A stretch of DNA of 64,000 nt from positions 1,782 through 65,781 of the forward strand of contig CAMSWH010000004.1 of assembly GCA_947064765.1 (NCBI GenBank), given 5' to 3'. This document shows positions 11,105 to 20,273 of the stretch, in pieces. Under the pieces are notes generated by a model that worked only from the letters and a program-made list of their open reading frames with translations, was not told where the DNA came from and did not search any database. The number at the start of each line of letters is the position of its first letter. Position 1 is the first letter of the stretch. The DNA comes from an uncultured Clostridium sp. GTDB lineage: Bacteria > Bacillota > Clostridia > TANB77 > CAG-508. The translations under genes and the position numbers were made by a program.

Positions 11105-11902
11105 ATGAATATTATAGAATTTCCTGAAATTAATTTAAAATTAGAAATTTCAAAAATAGCATTTTCTATGTTTGGAATTGATGTATATTATTATGCGATT
11201 TGCATAGTGATGGGAATTATAGTAACACTGCTACTTGCAAGATTTAGTAAGGAAAAATTTGATATAAGTTTTGATACAGTTTTAGATAACACAATAATTT
11301 GTTTAATATTCGGAATAATTGGAGCAAGATTGTATTTTGTATTATTTAGTTTAGAACATTATTCTAAAAATATATTAGAAATATTTAATTTAAGAGATGG
11401 TGGGCTTGCAATTTATGGCGGATTAATTTTAGGTGGAATTGCAATAGCATTAAATTGCAAAATAAAAAAAGTAGATATATTGAATTTTTTAGACTATATA
11501 ATACCATTTGTTGCTATAGCTCAAAGCATTGGACGTTGGGGAAACTTTTTTAATATAGAAGCTTTTGGAAGCAAAACAAACAGCTTTTTAAGAATGGGAA
11601 TTGTAACAAATGAATACATAGAAGTACACCCAGTATTTTTATATGAATCAATATCAACTTTTATTATTTTTTGTATATTAAGAAAATTTCAAAAAAATAG
11701 AAAATTTAAAGGACAAATTGTATTAATTTATTGTTTGTTATATTCAGGAATAAGAACAATATTGGAAGGTTTAAGAATAGATAGTTTAATGTTGTTTAAT
11801 TTCAGAATATCGCAAATATTGTCTATAATTATATTTTTAATATCATCATTATATTTATATAAAAACGTAAAATATTCAAAAAAATATGAGATTAAAAAGT
11901 AG
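11105..11902 (+). CDS. lgt: prolipoprotein diacylglyceryl transferase
   Basis: GRWGNFFNIEAFG signature and multiple TM segments. ORF opens at 11096, and ATG 11105 is preferred as the start. Confidence 0.85.
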   Translation: MNIIEFPEINLKLEISKIAFSMFGIDVYYYAICIVMGIIVTLLLARFSKEKFDISFDTVLDNTIICLIFGIIGARLYFVLFSLEHYSKNILEIFNLRDGGLAIYGGLILGGIAIALNCKIKKVDILNFLDYIIPFVAIAQSIGRWGNFFNIEAFGSKTNSFLRMGIVTNEYIEVHPVFLYESISTFIIFCILRKFQKNRKFKGQIVLIYCLLYSGIRTILEGLRIDSLMLFNFRISQILSIIIFLISSLYLYKNVKYSKKYEIKK

Positions 11903-12077
11903 AAATATAAGATAAAAAAGATAAAAAGATAAAAAATAGTAAAAATATATAAAAAGTTGTCGAAATATGTATGACGAAAACCTTAGAAAATACTGATGTT
12001 TCGTTGACTTTGCTGTAACAATATGTTATTTTTAATATATACAAAAGATAAAAAAATAAGAAAAGGAGAGTGGTATT

Positions 12078-12233
12078 ATGTTAGATGAAAAAATTTGTAA
12101 ATTAAGGGATAAATTAAATAAATGTATTTCAAATGGCGAAGATTACTCTGTAATATATAAAGTAAGTGTTGAACTAGACGAACTTATTGCACAATACTAT
12201 GCTAGTAATGTGATTGAGCTTACTAATGAATAA
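12078..12233 (+). CDS. Spo0E-family aspartyl-phosphate phosphatase-like small protein (51 aa), not in the ORF track
   Basis: AAAGGAGAG SD 7 nt upstream. MLDEKICKLRDKLNKCISNGEDYSVIYKVSVELDELIAQYY matches the Spo0E helix-hairpin pattern. A terminator follows. Confidence 0.6.
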   Translation: MLDEKICKLRDKLNKCISNGEDYSVIYKVSVELDELIAQYYASNVIELTNE

Positions 12234-12241
12234 ATGATATG

Positions 12242-12275
12242 AAAACTCTAATTCAGTTTTGAATTGGAGTTTTTT
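12242..12275 (+). terminator. Rho-independent terminator
   Basis: AAAACTCTAATTC / GAATTGGAGTTTT stem plus a T run. Confidence 0.7.
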
Positions 12276-12373
12276 AGTTCAAAAAAATGAAATACCATTC
12301 AATTATACTCTAAGTATGTTGATATCAATATGTAAAAAGTGTATAATTAGAAAAAAGATTTTAGGAGACAAAA

Positions 12374-12880
12374 ATGAGTAATATTAGAAACTTTACAAAT
12401 GAAATATTTAACTTAAGTGAAGACACTATTTACAGTATTATTGATAAGTTTAATAATAATCAAAATGTTGATAAATCATTAACATATGTATATATAAAGG
12501 CTTTTTATCTACATAACATAAAAAGAGACTTGGAAAATAATAAAAAGATAGAAAATTTTGATGAAATATATGTAGAGTACAAAAAAGAGATAAGCAAATA
12601 TTATAAAACTAATAATTTAGGTATTAGTGAAGAATTAATAAATGATATTTTAGAAGCTTTTGATAAATCTTTTGAAATTATAGATTCAATAGGGTTTAAA
12701 GACTTAGACGAAAGTTATGAATTTAGACATTATATAGTAGTAGTGTTTGAGCTTTTAAGAAAAATATTAGAAAAGAAATCTAATAGTGAAATAAGAGTTG
12801 ATATTTTTGAAAATTCAATTTCTACTTTAAAAGATACAGCAGAAAAAATAATTGATTATTCAAGAAAAGAATTAAAATAA
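12374..12880 (+). CDS. hypothetical protein
   Basis: 168-aa ORF behind a TTAGGAGA SD. Helical and acidic, with no recognised motif. Confidence 0.6.
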   Translation: MSNIRNFTNEIFNLSEDTIYSIIDKFNNNQNVDKSLTYVYIKAFYLHNIKRDLENNKKIENFDEIYVEYKKEISKYYKTNNLGISEELINDILEAFDKSFEIIDSIGFKDLDESYEFRHYIVVVFELLRKILEKKSNSEIRVDIFENSISTLKDTAEKIIDYSRKELK

Positions 12881-12907
12881 AAATTACTAAATTTTATTTA
12901 ATTAAAA

Positions 12908-12932
12908 AAGGTGCTAGAAAATAGCACCTTTT
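12908..12932 (+). terminator. Rho-independent terminator
   Basis: AAGGTGCTA / TAGCACCTT stem followed by TTT. Confidence 0.7.
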
Positions 12933-12950
12933 AAAATATTTTTAAAATTA

Positions 12951-12998
12951 GTGAAACCAAATGGATATTTTTTTAATCTTATATATAGAAAGAAATTT
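12951..12998 (+). promoter_or_regulatory. ECF-type promoter candidate (GTGAAAC -35), copy 1, upstream of the sigma gene
   Basis: GTGAAACCAAATG...TTTTTTAATCTTATAT.TAGA.AGAAATTT. A near-identical block recurs at 16787-16833. Confidence 0.5.
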
Positions 12999-13015
12999 AT
13001 AAAAAGGAGAAAGAA

Positions 13016-13543
13016 ATGCTGGATGAACTAATAAAAAGAGCAAAAAAAGGCGATAATAAAGCTTTTCAAGAAATAATAATTTACTATAAAAATGATTTAT
13101 ATAAAATAGCCAAAACAAGACTTTCTAACACAGAAGATATTGATGATGCAATACAAGAAACAATAATATCTGCTTATGAATCAATACATAAATTAGTAAA
13201 TATATCAAAATTTAAATCTTGGATAATAACTATATTAATTAATGAATGCAATGTTATTTATAATAAAAAACAAAAAGATAATATTGTTTCTTATGATTTT
13301 ATGGAAGGTGAAAAATTTATATCAAAAGTTTCTGATAGTAATGCTAATATTGAATTTGATGCTTTATTAAAACCACTGAATAGTGATGAGCGAATGATTG
13401 TAGTTTTGTACTATTACGAAGGATATAAAGTAGAAGAAATATCCAAAATACTAAAGATTAATAATAATACTGTAAAAACTAAGCTATATCGAGCTAGAAA
13501 AAAGATTATGGATGATTTAAAGGAGGGATGCATAGATGGATAA
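13016..13543 (+). CDS. ECF (sigma-70 group 4) RNA polymerase sigma factor
   Basis: Region 2 (DDAIQETIISAYESIHKL) and region 4 HTH (YYEGYKVEEISKILKINNNTVKTKLYRARKK). Confidence 0.85.
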   Translation: MLDELIKRAKKGDNKAFQEIIIYYKNDLYKIAKTRLSNTEDIDDAIQETIISAYESIHKLVNISKFKSWIITILINECNVIYNKKQKDNIVSYDFMEGEKFISKVSDSNANIEFDALLKPLNSDERMIVVLYYYEGYKVEEISKILKINNNTVKTKLYRARKKIMDDLKEGCIDG

Positions 13544-14909
13544 TATTGATAATATTGATAATTTTATAAAAGATATTGTATCAAGAGATTTGAAACCTCA
13601 TGAAAGTTTTGATAGCACAATATATTCAACTTTTGAAGTTCTTGAAAGAAAAGTAAATCGAAAAACAAAAATACACCATTTAAAATTTGATTTAGCTATT
13701 GCTTGTTGTTTTATATTTTTAATAACAGGAGTAGTATTTGCAAAAGAAATAGAAAATTTTGTAAAAGCACAATTTGAAAATTTTGGACTAGGAAGAGGCT
13801 TTGATACAGCTATAGATAATGGATATATAGCAAAACCAGAAATGGACGATATGTCCCAAAATGTTCAAATTATTGAGAATAATGAAGTTATAGATAGCAC
13901 AAATGTTAAAGTAAAAATTGATGAATTCCTTATGACAGATTCAAATTTAAGTTTAGATTTTTATTTTGAATTTGAAAATAAAATATGTGACTATGTAAGT
14001 TTAGGAGAAATGATAAACGAAAATGTAGATTATGAAGGTTCACATGCTATAGTATTATCAGATTTATTTATAGTAGATGAAAATAACGAAGTTTTATATT
14101 TTAATCGTTGGGATTGCGAAAATTTTAAAGAATATTGCAAAAACAATAATATGGATTTTGATTATCCAGATTATAATTTATTTGGTATTCGAAATATGAC
14201 TAGAGAATATAATAAAAACGAAAATTTTATAGAAGTTAATAATATATATTATCTTACTGATAAATTTCCAAATTCTAAAAAATTAAATATATATTTTACA
14301 AAAATTGACTTAATAAATGATGAAGAACGTTTAGTAGAAAAAAATCTTAAAAATATTACACTAAAAGGAAATTGGCAATTTAGTTTAGATGTGCCAGAAA
14401 ATATGTATAATCGTACTTATGATACGTATAAAGTAGTTAGTTGTGATAATAAGGATTTTAATCTTTATGAAGCAAAACTAACTGATACTAGACTGGAAAT
14501 AGGGATAGAAATATCAAATGTTGAAATGCCAATATTTCCAGCAGAATTAGAGAAAGAGAAAGCTTTTAGTACTAGAGAAGAAGTAGTAGAATTTTATGGT
14601 GGCGAAGAATATGCAAATTTATTTGAGGAGTATTTAAGAAATGAATTCTTATTTGATGATATAGTTAATTATTTTTATCCTTGGATGGATTATAAAAATG
14701 AAGGCTCATATGCTATAAATTCAAATGGTGAAAAATTTAAAATAATGATTGGCGGATTTGATAGTAATTCATATAAAGATGATAAAAAATTTGATTGTCG
14801 TTGTACTTGTGATATAACTAAATATGATGATTATACTGATAAGATAACTTTAGTAATATATTTTAAAGATCAACCAGTAAAAATTGAATTGGAAAAAGTA
14901 AATAATTAA
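13536..14909 (+). CDS. putative membrane-anchored anti-sigma factor
   Basis: 8-nt overlap with the sigma gene. Short cytoplasmic N-terminus, single TM (LAIACCFIFLITGVVFA) and a large extracytoplasmic domain. Confidence 0.55.
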   Translation: MDNIDNIDNFIKDIVSRDLKPHESFDSTIYSTFEVLERKVNRKTKIHHLKFDLAIACCFIFLITGVVFAKEIENFVKAQFENFGLGRGFDTAIDNGYIAKPEMDDMSQNVQIIENNEVIDSTNVKVKIDEFLMTDSNLSLDFYFEFENKICDYVSLGEMINENVDYEGSHAIVLSDLFIVDENNEVLYFNRWDCENFKEYCKNNNMDFDYPDYNLFGIRNMTREYNKNENFIEVNNIYYLTDKFPNSKKLNIYFTKIDLINDEERLVEKNLKNITLKGNWQFSLDVPENMYNRTYDTYKVVSCDNKDFNLYEAKLTDTRLEIGIEISNVEMPIFPAELEKEKAFSTREEVVEFYGGEEYANLFEEYLRNEFLFDDIVNYFYPWMDYKNEGSYAINSNGEKFKIMIGGFDSNSYKDDKKFDCRCTCDITKYDDYTDKITLVIYFKDQPVKIELEKVNN

Positions 14910-14926
14910 TATAAATAGTATATAAA

Positions 14927-14963
14927 ATTAAGAGTGTTTCCTTATGATACACTCTTAATTTTA
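14927..14963 (+). terminator. Rho-independent terminator
   Basis: ATTAAGAGTGT / ACACTCTTAAT stem followed by TTTT. Confidence 0.65.
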
Positions 14964-15187
14964 TATAGGATTTAATTTTAATTGTAAAATATAAAAATTT
15001 GGTAGATTTTGCAGAAAAAAGTTTATCTTTTTTATCTTTTTCTTGCATTTATTAAAAAATGATTTATAATGTATCAGTACGAAATTTTCATACATATTGA
15101 ATCATAATCCATAATGTAACAACATTGGATTTGATATAAAAGTTTAGGGTGCAAAAAGTTGCATAACAACAAGAAAGTAGGTAAATA

Positions 15188-15775
15188 ATGAAAAGAAAAC
15201 TTTTTGCAAAAATTAGCAGTTTAATGCTGGCAATGGTAATTTGCATTATTGCATGTGCAAATACACCAGTTTATGCGGCAGAAATTTGTGATGCAGATGA
15301 AGCAGAGAATGTAGAGCAGGAAGAGATGGCAGCAAGAGCAGCGACACAGTCAATGGGACCAACCGAGTTTGATCCGGGATATGTAGATCTTCCATATGGA
15401 GATGCAAAAGTGATTAAAAGTGCGGTAACACTGTATAGTTCAAGCTATAAGCATATTGGATCAATACAACTCCCACAGAATGATGGACGGATTCATAGAA
15501 TAATCTATAAAGTTAGATTTATTAAGGATCCATATGATCAGGGAAATGGAGATGTGCGGTTAAAAGTTGATTTCAGGCGAAACGGGGTTTCAATTCACAG
15601 AGGTGAGTATGATTATGAAGACCTTGTGAATGGTACTATTCAGGCACAATTTGAAGGCGTATCTGCAGGACAGAGAATAGAAGTTTATGCTGATGCTGTT
15701 ACAAATCCTGATTATACATCAAATGGACATTGGAGAAAATTGTATATTTGGAGTTTTGAGGTCTACACTGACTGA
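15188..15775 (+). CDS. secreted protein of unknown function (signal peptide, VYA-AE cleavage)
   Basis: N-terminal K-rich plus hydrophobic signal ending in AxA. GC-rich codons (line 15301-15360 is 32/60 G+C). Confidence 0.65.
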   Translation: MKRKLFAKISSLMLAMVICIIACANTPVYAAEICDADEAENVEQEEMAARAATQSMGPTEFDPGYVDLPYGDAKVIKSAVTLYSSSYKHIGSIQLPQNDGRIHRIIYKVRFIKDPYDQGNGDVRLKVDFRRNGVSIHRGEYDYEDLVNGTIQAQFEGVSAGQRIEVYADAVTNPDYTSNGHWRKLYIWSFEVYTD

Positions 15776-15878
15776 TCACAGATAATGGCCGAGCTTATGG
15801 CGTCTTAGTAATTTACAACTGAATATTGATATTTTGAGCTATTAACAATTGCAACAAAATGCATCTAAAAAACTTTTT

Positions 15879-15908
15879 CGTGGGCGCTACTACAGGCCCA
15901 CGTTTTTC
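15879..15908 (+). terminator. Rho-independent terminator (GC-rich stem)
   Basis: CGTGGGC / GCCCACG stem followed by TTTTT. Confidence 0.75.
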
Positions 15909-15965
15909 TTAACTTAAGAAGAAAATTTCCAGTTGTTATAATTATTTGAAATGAAAATAATTATA

Positions 15966-16697
15966 TTATATTTTTGTTAAAACAAATTCAATAATTCTTT
16001 TTGGTCCTAAATTAGAATCAGAAGGATTGTTTAAATATTTTAATAACTCATTTTCTTCCCATGTAGATTTCATTTTTTCTGTTGCATTTCTTATATCACA
16101 TTTTATATTATGTGCAGAAGTTTCTAATTTTTGAGCTATTATAGGGTAAATATCTCTTTCATAATTGTTATTATAATAATCAGATGTTTTATATAAAAAA
16201 TATATTGTTTCGATTATGTATTGAGTTCCTTTATGTGAAAATTTATATCTTAAATTAGATAATTCTTTTTTTATTTTTTTCTTAATAATATTTTCTTTAG
16301 AATCTTTAATATCATATACTGCATTATTCATTTTTATTTTAACTAATTCATTAATTGGTTCTATAAGATTACTGATATTATCGGGATTTATAATATAATT
16401 ATAAATATATGATTTTGAGATAGAATTATTTTTTATAGATTTATTGTTTGAAATCAAAATAACTGAATTTTTATATTTATTATTTAAAAATGTATGTTTT
16501 TTGACTATTTTAGTATTTGGAAAAGAGTCTATATTCATTAAAATTATATCAATATCATGTTTGTTTAATATATGTCTTATATTAGTAAGTTTATTAGAAA
16601 TTGCTGAAATTCTTAAATTTTTGATTTTCATATGTATAGTATTTGTTAATTCTATGCTATTTTCAACATCTTTTTCGATTAATAGTGCATTTATCAT
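15966..16697 (-). CDS. Spo0A_C-domain transcription regulator with a degenerate receiver-like N-terminus
   Basis: The C-terminus HKGTQYIIETIYFLY...ERDIYPIIAQKLETSAHNIKCDIRNATEKM is collinear with the Spo0A DNA-binding domain. The N-terminal 120 aa are receiver-like, but KP is replaced by NP. Confidence 0.6.
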   Translation of the reverse strand: MINALLIEKDVENSIELTNTIHMKIKNLRISAISNKLTNIRHILNKHDIDIILMNIDSFPNTKIVKKHTFLNNKYKNSVILISNNKSIKNNSISKSYIYNYIINPDNISNLIEPINELVKIKMNNAVYDIKDSKENIIKKKIKKELSNLRYKFSHKGTQYIIETIYFLYKTSDYYNNNYERDIYPIIAQKLETSAHNIKCDIRNATEKMKSTWEENELLKYLNNPSDSNLGPKRIIEFVLTKI

Positions 16698-16786
16698 AGT
16701 AAAATCTTCCTTCCATTTTTTTCTATATAATAAGATTAAATTTTTTATAAAATGGTTTCAAAAATTTAAAATTTTTTTAAAATTTT

Positions 16787-16833
16787 GTGAAACCAAATGA
16801 AGTTTTTTAAATCTTATATGTAGATAGAAATTT
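16787..16833 (+). promoter_or_regulatory. ECF-type promoter candidate, copy 2, upstream of 16904
   Basis: GTGAAACCAAATGAAGTTTTTTAAATCTTATATGTAGATAGAAATTT, nearly identical to 12951-12998. Confidence 0.45.
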
Positions 16834-16903
16834 GTGAAAGTTTATGCTATTATTGATAATAGTACAAAGTGTATATGATTTTATATACTAAAAGGAGAAA
16901 GTT

Positions 16904-17560
16904 ATGAATAATAAAAAGAAATTAATAATATTAGGAATTATTATAATTTTATTAATAATTATTCCAATTATAGTTTTAGGAAATATTAGAATATTAAAAT
17001 ATAATGAAGAAGGAAAACCAATAGTTCATTCGGCAAAAGAAATGAACGAGTTAGAAGATGGAACAAAGTTTGTATTAGCAGTTCCAAGTAGCGATTCGGT
17101 AGATAGAGAAGAAATGGAAAGAAAACAAATTGAAGAGAAAAAGGCAGCAGAAAAAATATCTGAAGATATTAATAAAGGAATTCTACCAATGGATATGGCA
17201 GAAGAGGTAGACTTAAGTACAATAAATAAAGAGAAAAGAAATAAATCACCAGAAGATATAGAATTAGAAAATAAAAAACAACAAATTCAAGATATAATAA
17301 AAAAATATTACGGAACAGAATATGCAGAAAATTTATTTAATAATATAACAAAAGAAATAAATGAACAGGAAGGGCAGTATAAAGTACCAGAAAGTTCAAA
17401 AGAGTTGTTAAGAAAAAATATTGAGTTATATAATGCAACAGAAATTACAAGTGAAGAAAGAGAAGCAATAAAATATTATTTAGAAATAATAGACAGATCA
17501 TTTATAGAAGATAAAGATTTACTAAAAGCGATTGAAAGTACAGGAGTAGAAAGTAAATAA
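16904..17560 (+). CDS. membrane-anchored protein of unknown function
   Basis: N-terminal TM (LIILGIIIILLIIIPIIVLG), a charged extracytoplasmic part, and an AAAGGAGA SD. Confidence 0.6.
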   Translation: MNNKKKLIILGIIIILLIIIPIIVLGNIRILKYNEEGKPIVHSAKEMNELEDGTKFVLAVPSSDSVDREEMERKQIEEKKAAEKISEDINKGILPMDMAEEVDLSTINKEKRNKSPEDIELENKKQQIQDIIKKYYGTEYAENLFNNITKEINEQEGQYKVPESSKELLRKNIELYNATEITSEEREAIKYYLEIIDRSFIEDKDLLKAIESTGVESK

Positions 17561-17578
17561 TAAAATAGAAAATAATAA

Positions 17579-17619
17579 TTAAGAGGTTTTATTGACATAT
17601 TGCAATAAAACCTCTTAAT
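17579..17619 (+). terminator. hairpin, probable terminator
   Basis: ATTAAGAGGTTTTATT / AATAAAACCTCTTAAT stem. The T run is weak. Confidence 0.45.
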
Positions 17620-17750
17620 TACTTTTCAAAAAATGCACAATAAAATTGTCAAAAGACGCACAATATATATTGAAAAAACAGTGTATTTTTATTTTTCCAA
17701 AAAAAGGTATACATTTTTTTTCTTTTAATATATAATTAATCTGTATTATT

Positions 17751-18317
17751 ATGAGGAGAAGAATTTTGAATAAATTAATTAGTGAAGAAATAAAATATAA
17801 CGGACCTAGATTTAATATTGTTCAAAAAATCTATGAACGAGAAGATAAAGTAAGATATGTTAGAGACTGTGTAGAACCAGGAGATGCAGTTGTTATTTTA
17901 CCAATAAATAATAATAACGAGATTATATTTGTTAAACAATATAGAGAAGTAGTGGGAAAAGAATTATTAGAACTTCCAGCAGGAATGATTGATAAAGGCG
18001 AAAATCCTGAGCAAGCAGCACGAAGAGAACTGGAAGAAGAAACTGGAATAAAAACAAATAATATTGAATTTCTAGTTGATTTTTATGCTTCTTGCGGATA
18101 CACTAATGAAAAAGTTTATGTATATGTTGCAAAAGATTTCGAAAAAGGAAATCAACATTTTGATGATACAGAAGAAATTTTAAGTATAGAAAAAATTAAT
18201 ATAAAAGATTGTATAAATTATGCTTTAGAAAATAAATTTGAAGCTGCACACGTAAATATAGCAATTTTAACATATTATTTAAAAAATAATAAACGGAGGA
18301 AAAAATGGAAGAATTGA
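17751..18317 (+). CDS. NUDIX hydrolase (ADP-ribose pyrophosphatase-like)
   Basis: Nudix box GMIDKGENPEQAARRELEEETGI. Confidence 0.8.
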   Translation: MRRRILNKLISEEIKYNGPRFNIVQKIYEREDKVRYVRDCVEPGDAVVILPINNNNEIIFVKQYREVVGKELLELPAGMIDKGENPEQAARRELEEETGIKTNNIEFLVDFYASCGYTNEKVYVYVAKDFEKGNQHFDDTEEILSIEKINIKDCINYALENKFEAAHVNIAILTYYLKNNKRRKKWKN

Positions 18318-19396
18318 GAGAAATGCTAACATCAATTGATTTAGAAAATTTGCTTAAAATTTTTGATATACAAATCGGTTTAGGTGTTTTAGTTTTCTTC
18401 ATAATTTTTAAATCACTTTTTGCTAAGATTTTAATAAAAATATATTATAAATTAACTAAAAATAAGAAAAATCCTAAAGATAGTATTATGTATAAACCAT
18501 TAAATTTTTTCTTTTTACTATTAGGTATTTTTCTTATGATTAATATTTCTTTACAAAGTAGTAAAAGACTGATACTTATATCAAATGCAGTATTTCAAAC
18601 CATAGTAGTATATTACATAACTAAAGCAATAGCAACATTAATAACAGAAGAGTCAAAAGTTTATAAAAAGTTTTTTAAATCAGAAAATAAAGCTATAAAT
18701 AAATTTACTTGTAAGATATTAAGAGGAATTCTTTGGATAATATCATTTGTTTTTGTAGTAAAGAAAATATTTGGATGGGATATAGATTTTGGAGGAATTG
18801 GAACTTTAGTTACTGGTTTAGGAATAGGAAGTGCGGCGATAGCTTTAGCTGCACAAGACTTAGTTAAAGGGATGCTAAGTGGAGCAACAATTTTAACAGA
18901 TAAACCATTTGTAATTGGTGATTGGATAGAAGTTGGGGAGTTCCAAGGTTCAGTAATAGATATAACATTTAGAAGTACACGTATAAAAGCTGCTAATAAT
19001 ACAGTTATTACTATTCCAAACTCAACAATAACATCAACATCAGTTATAAACTGGAATAGATTAACAAGCAGAAGATTTGATTGTGTTCTAAATTTAAGTT
19101 TAGAAACACCATCTGAGAAAGTAAGAAAAGTTGTTAAAGAGATTAAATTAGTTTTACAAAATAATCCAGAAGTAATAAAAGAAACAGTAGAAGTAAATGT
19201 AAATGCAATATCAAGTTGCAGTACAGATATAAAAATATTTCTATATGTTAGACAGTCTGAATATGTTAAATTCTTAAAAGCGCAACAAGATATATTATGT
19301 AGTTTACTATTTTTAGTAGAGAAAGAGAATATTGATTTAGCATATCCAACACAAACTTTATATGTAAGAGAAGGAAAAGGAGAATCAGAAGAATAA
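18305..19396 (+). CDS. MscS-family mechanosensitive channel
   Basis: TM segments followed by TDKPFVIGDWIEVGEFQGSVIDITFRSTRIK. Confidence 0.8.
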   Translation: MEELREMLTSIDLENLLKIFDIQIGLGVLVFFIIFKSLFAKILIKIYYKLTKNKKNPKDSIMYKPLNFFFLLLGIFLMINISLQSSKRLILISNAVFQTIVVYYITKAIATLITEESKVYKKFFKSENKAINKFTCKILRGILWIISFVFVVKKIFGWDIDFGGIGTLVTGLGIGSAAIALAAQDLVKGMLSGATILTDKPFVIGDWIEVGEFQGSVIDITFRSTRIKAANNTVITIPNSTITSTSVINWNRLTSRRFDCVLNLSLETPSEKVRKVVKEIKLVLQNNPEVIKETVEVNVNAISSCSTDIKIFLYVRQSEYVKFLKAQQDILCSLLFLVEKENIDLAYPTQTLYVREGKGESEE

Positions 19397-20251
19397 ATGA
19401 GTTTAGGAGTAGCCTTAGCAGGTGGAGGATTAAAAGGATTAGCTCATATAGGAGCTCTAAAAGCATTAGAAGATTTAGGAATAAAAATTGATTATTTATC
19501 AGGTACAAGTTCTGGAAGTATATTTGCAAGTTTTTATGCAATGGAATATACAACTGATGAAATAAAAGAAAAAACAATGAAATGTTATAAAATGCTTACA
19601 AAAATAGAAAAAAGGCCAATATTTAAAGCTGGATTTTCATATATAACTTCAGGAGTAGCAAAAATTGAAGGACTAGTTCCGGGAGAGAATATTGAAAATT
19701 TAGTAAAAGAAGTGTCAAAAGATAAAAATATAACTAATATGAACCAAATTAAGATTCCTTATGCAATAGCAACAGTAGATACAATATCAACAAAAGAATG
19801 TATATTTTTATCAAAGAAAATAGATATAAAAGATGATGATATAGATTATATATATGATGCACCAATAGCTACAGCAACAAGGGCTAGTATGTCTTTTCCA
19901 GGAGTATATACTCCATGTCAATATGGAAAGTATAATTTTATAGATGGCGGAACAAAAGACAATTTGCCAGTAAAAATTTTAAAGGACATGGGAGCTGATA
20001 AAACTTTAGCTTTAAGTTTTAGAATAGATGATTATGAGCCTAAAGAAGATATACTTGCAATTTTACTTAGAACTGTTGATATATTTTCTTTGAAAGACGT
20101 TAGAAAAGCACAAAAAGAAGCGGATTTAGCTATTGAAATAGATGCAAGAGGTGCAAGTCTTTTAGAAATAGATGATGCAGATAGATTAGTACAAACTGGA
20201 TATGATACAATAATGAATAAAAAAGAAGAAATATTAAAACTAATGAAATAA
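19397..20251 (+). CDS. patatin-like phospholipase
   Basis: GGGLKGLAHIGALKALED oxyanion motif, GTSSG nucleophile elbow and DGG. Confidence 0.8.
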   Translation: MSLGVALAGGGLKGLAHIGALKALEDLGIKIDYLSGTSSGSIFASFYAMEYTTDEIKEKTMKCYKMLTKIEKRPIFKAGFSYITSGVAKIEGLVPGENIENLVKEVSKDKNITNMNQIKIPYAIATVDTISTKECIFLSKKIDIKDDDIDYIYDAPIATATRASMSFPGVYTPCQYGKYNFIDGGTKDNLPVKILKDMGADKTLALSFRIDDYEPKEDILAILLRTVDIFSLKDVRKAQKEADLAIEIDARGASLLEIDDADRLVQTGYDTIMNKKEEILKLMK

Positions 20252-20273
20252 ATAAAGATTAGGAGTGATAGAT

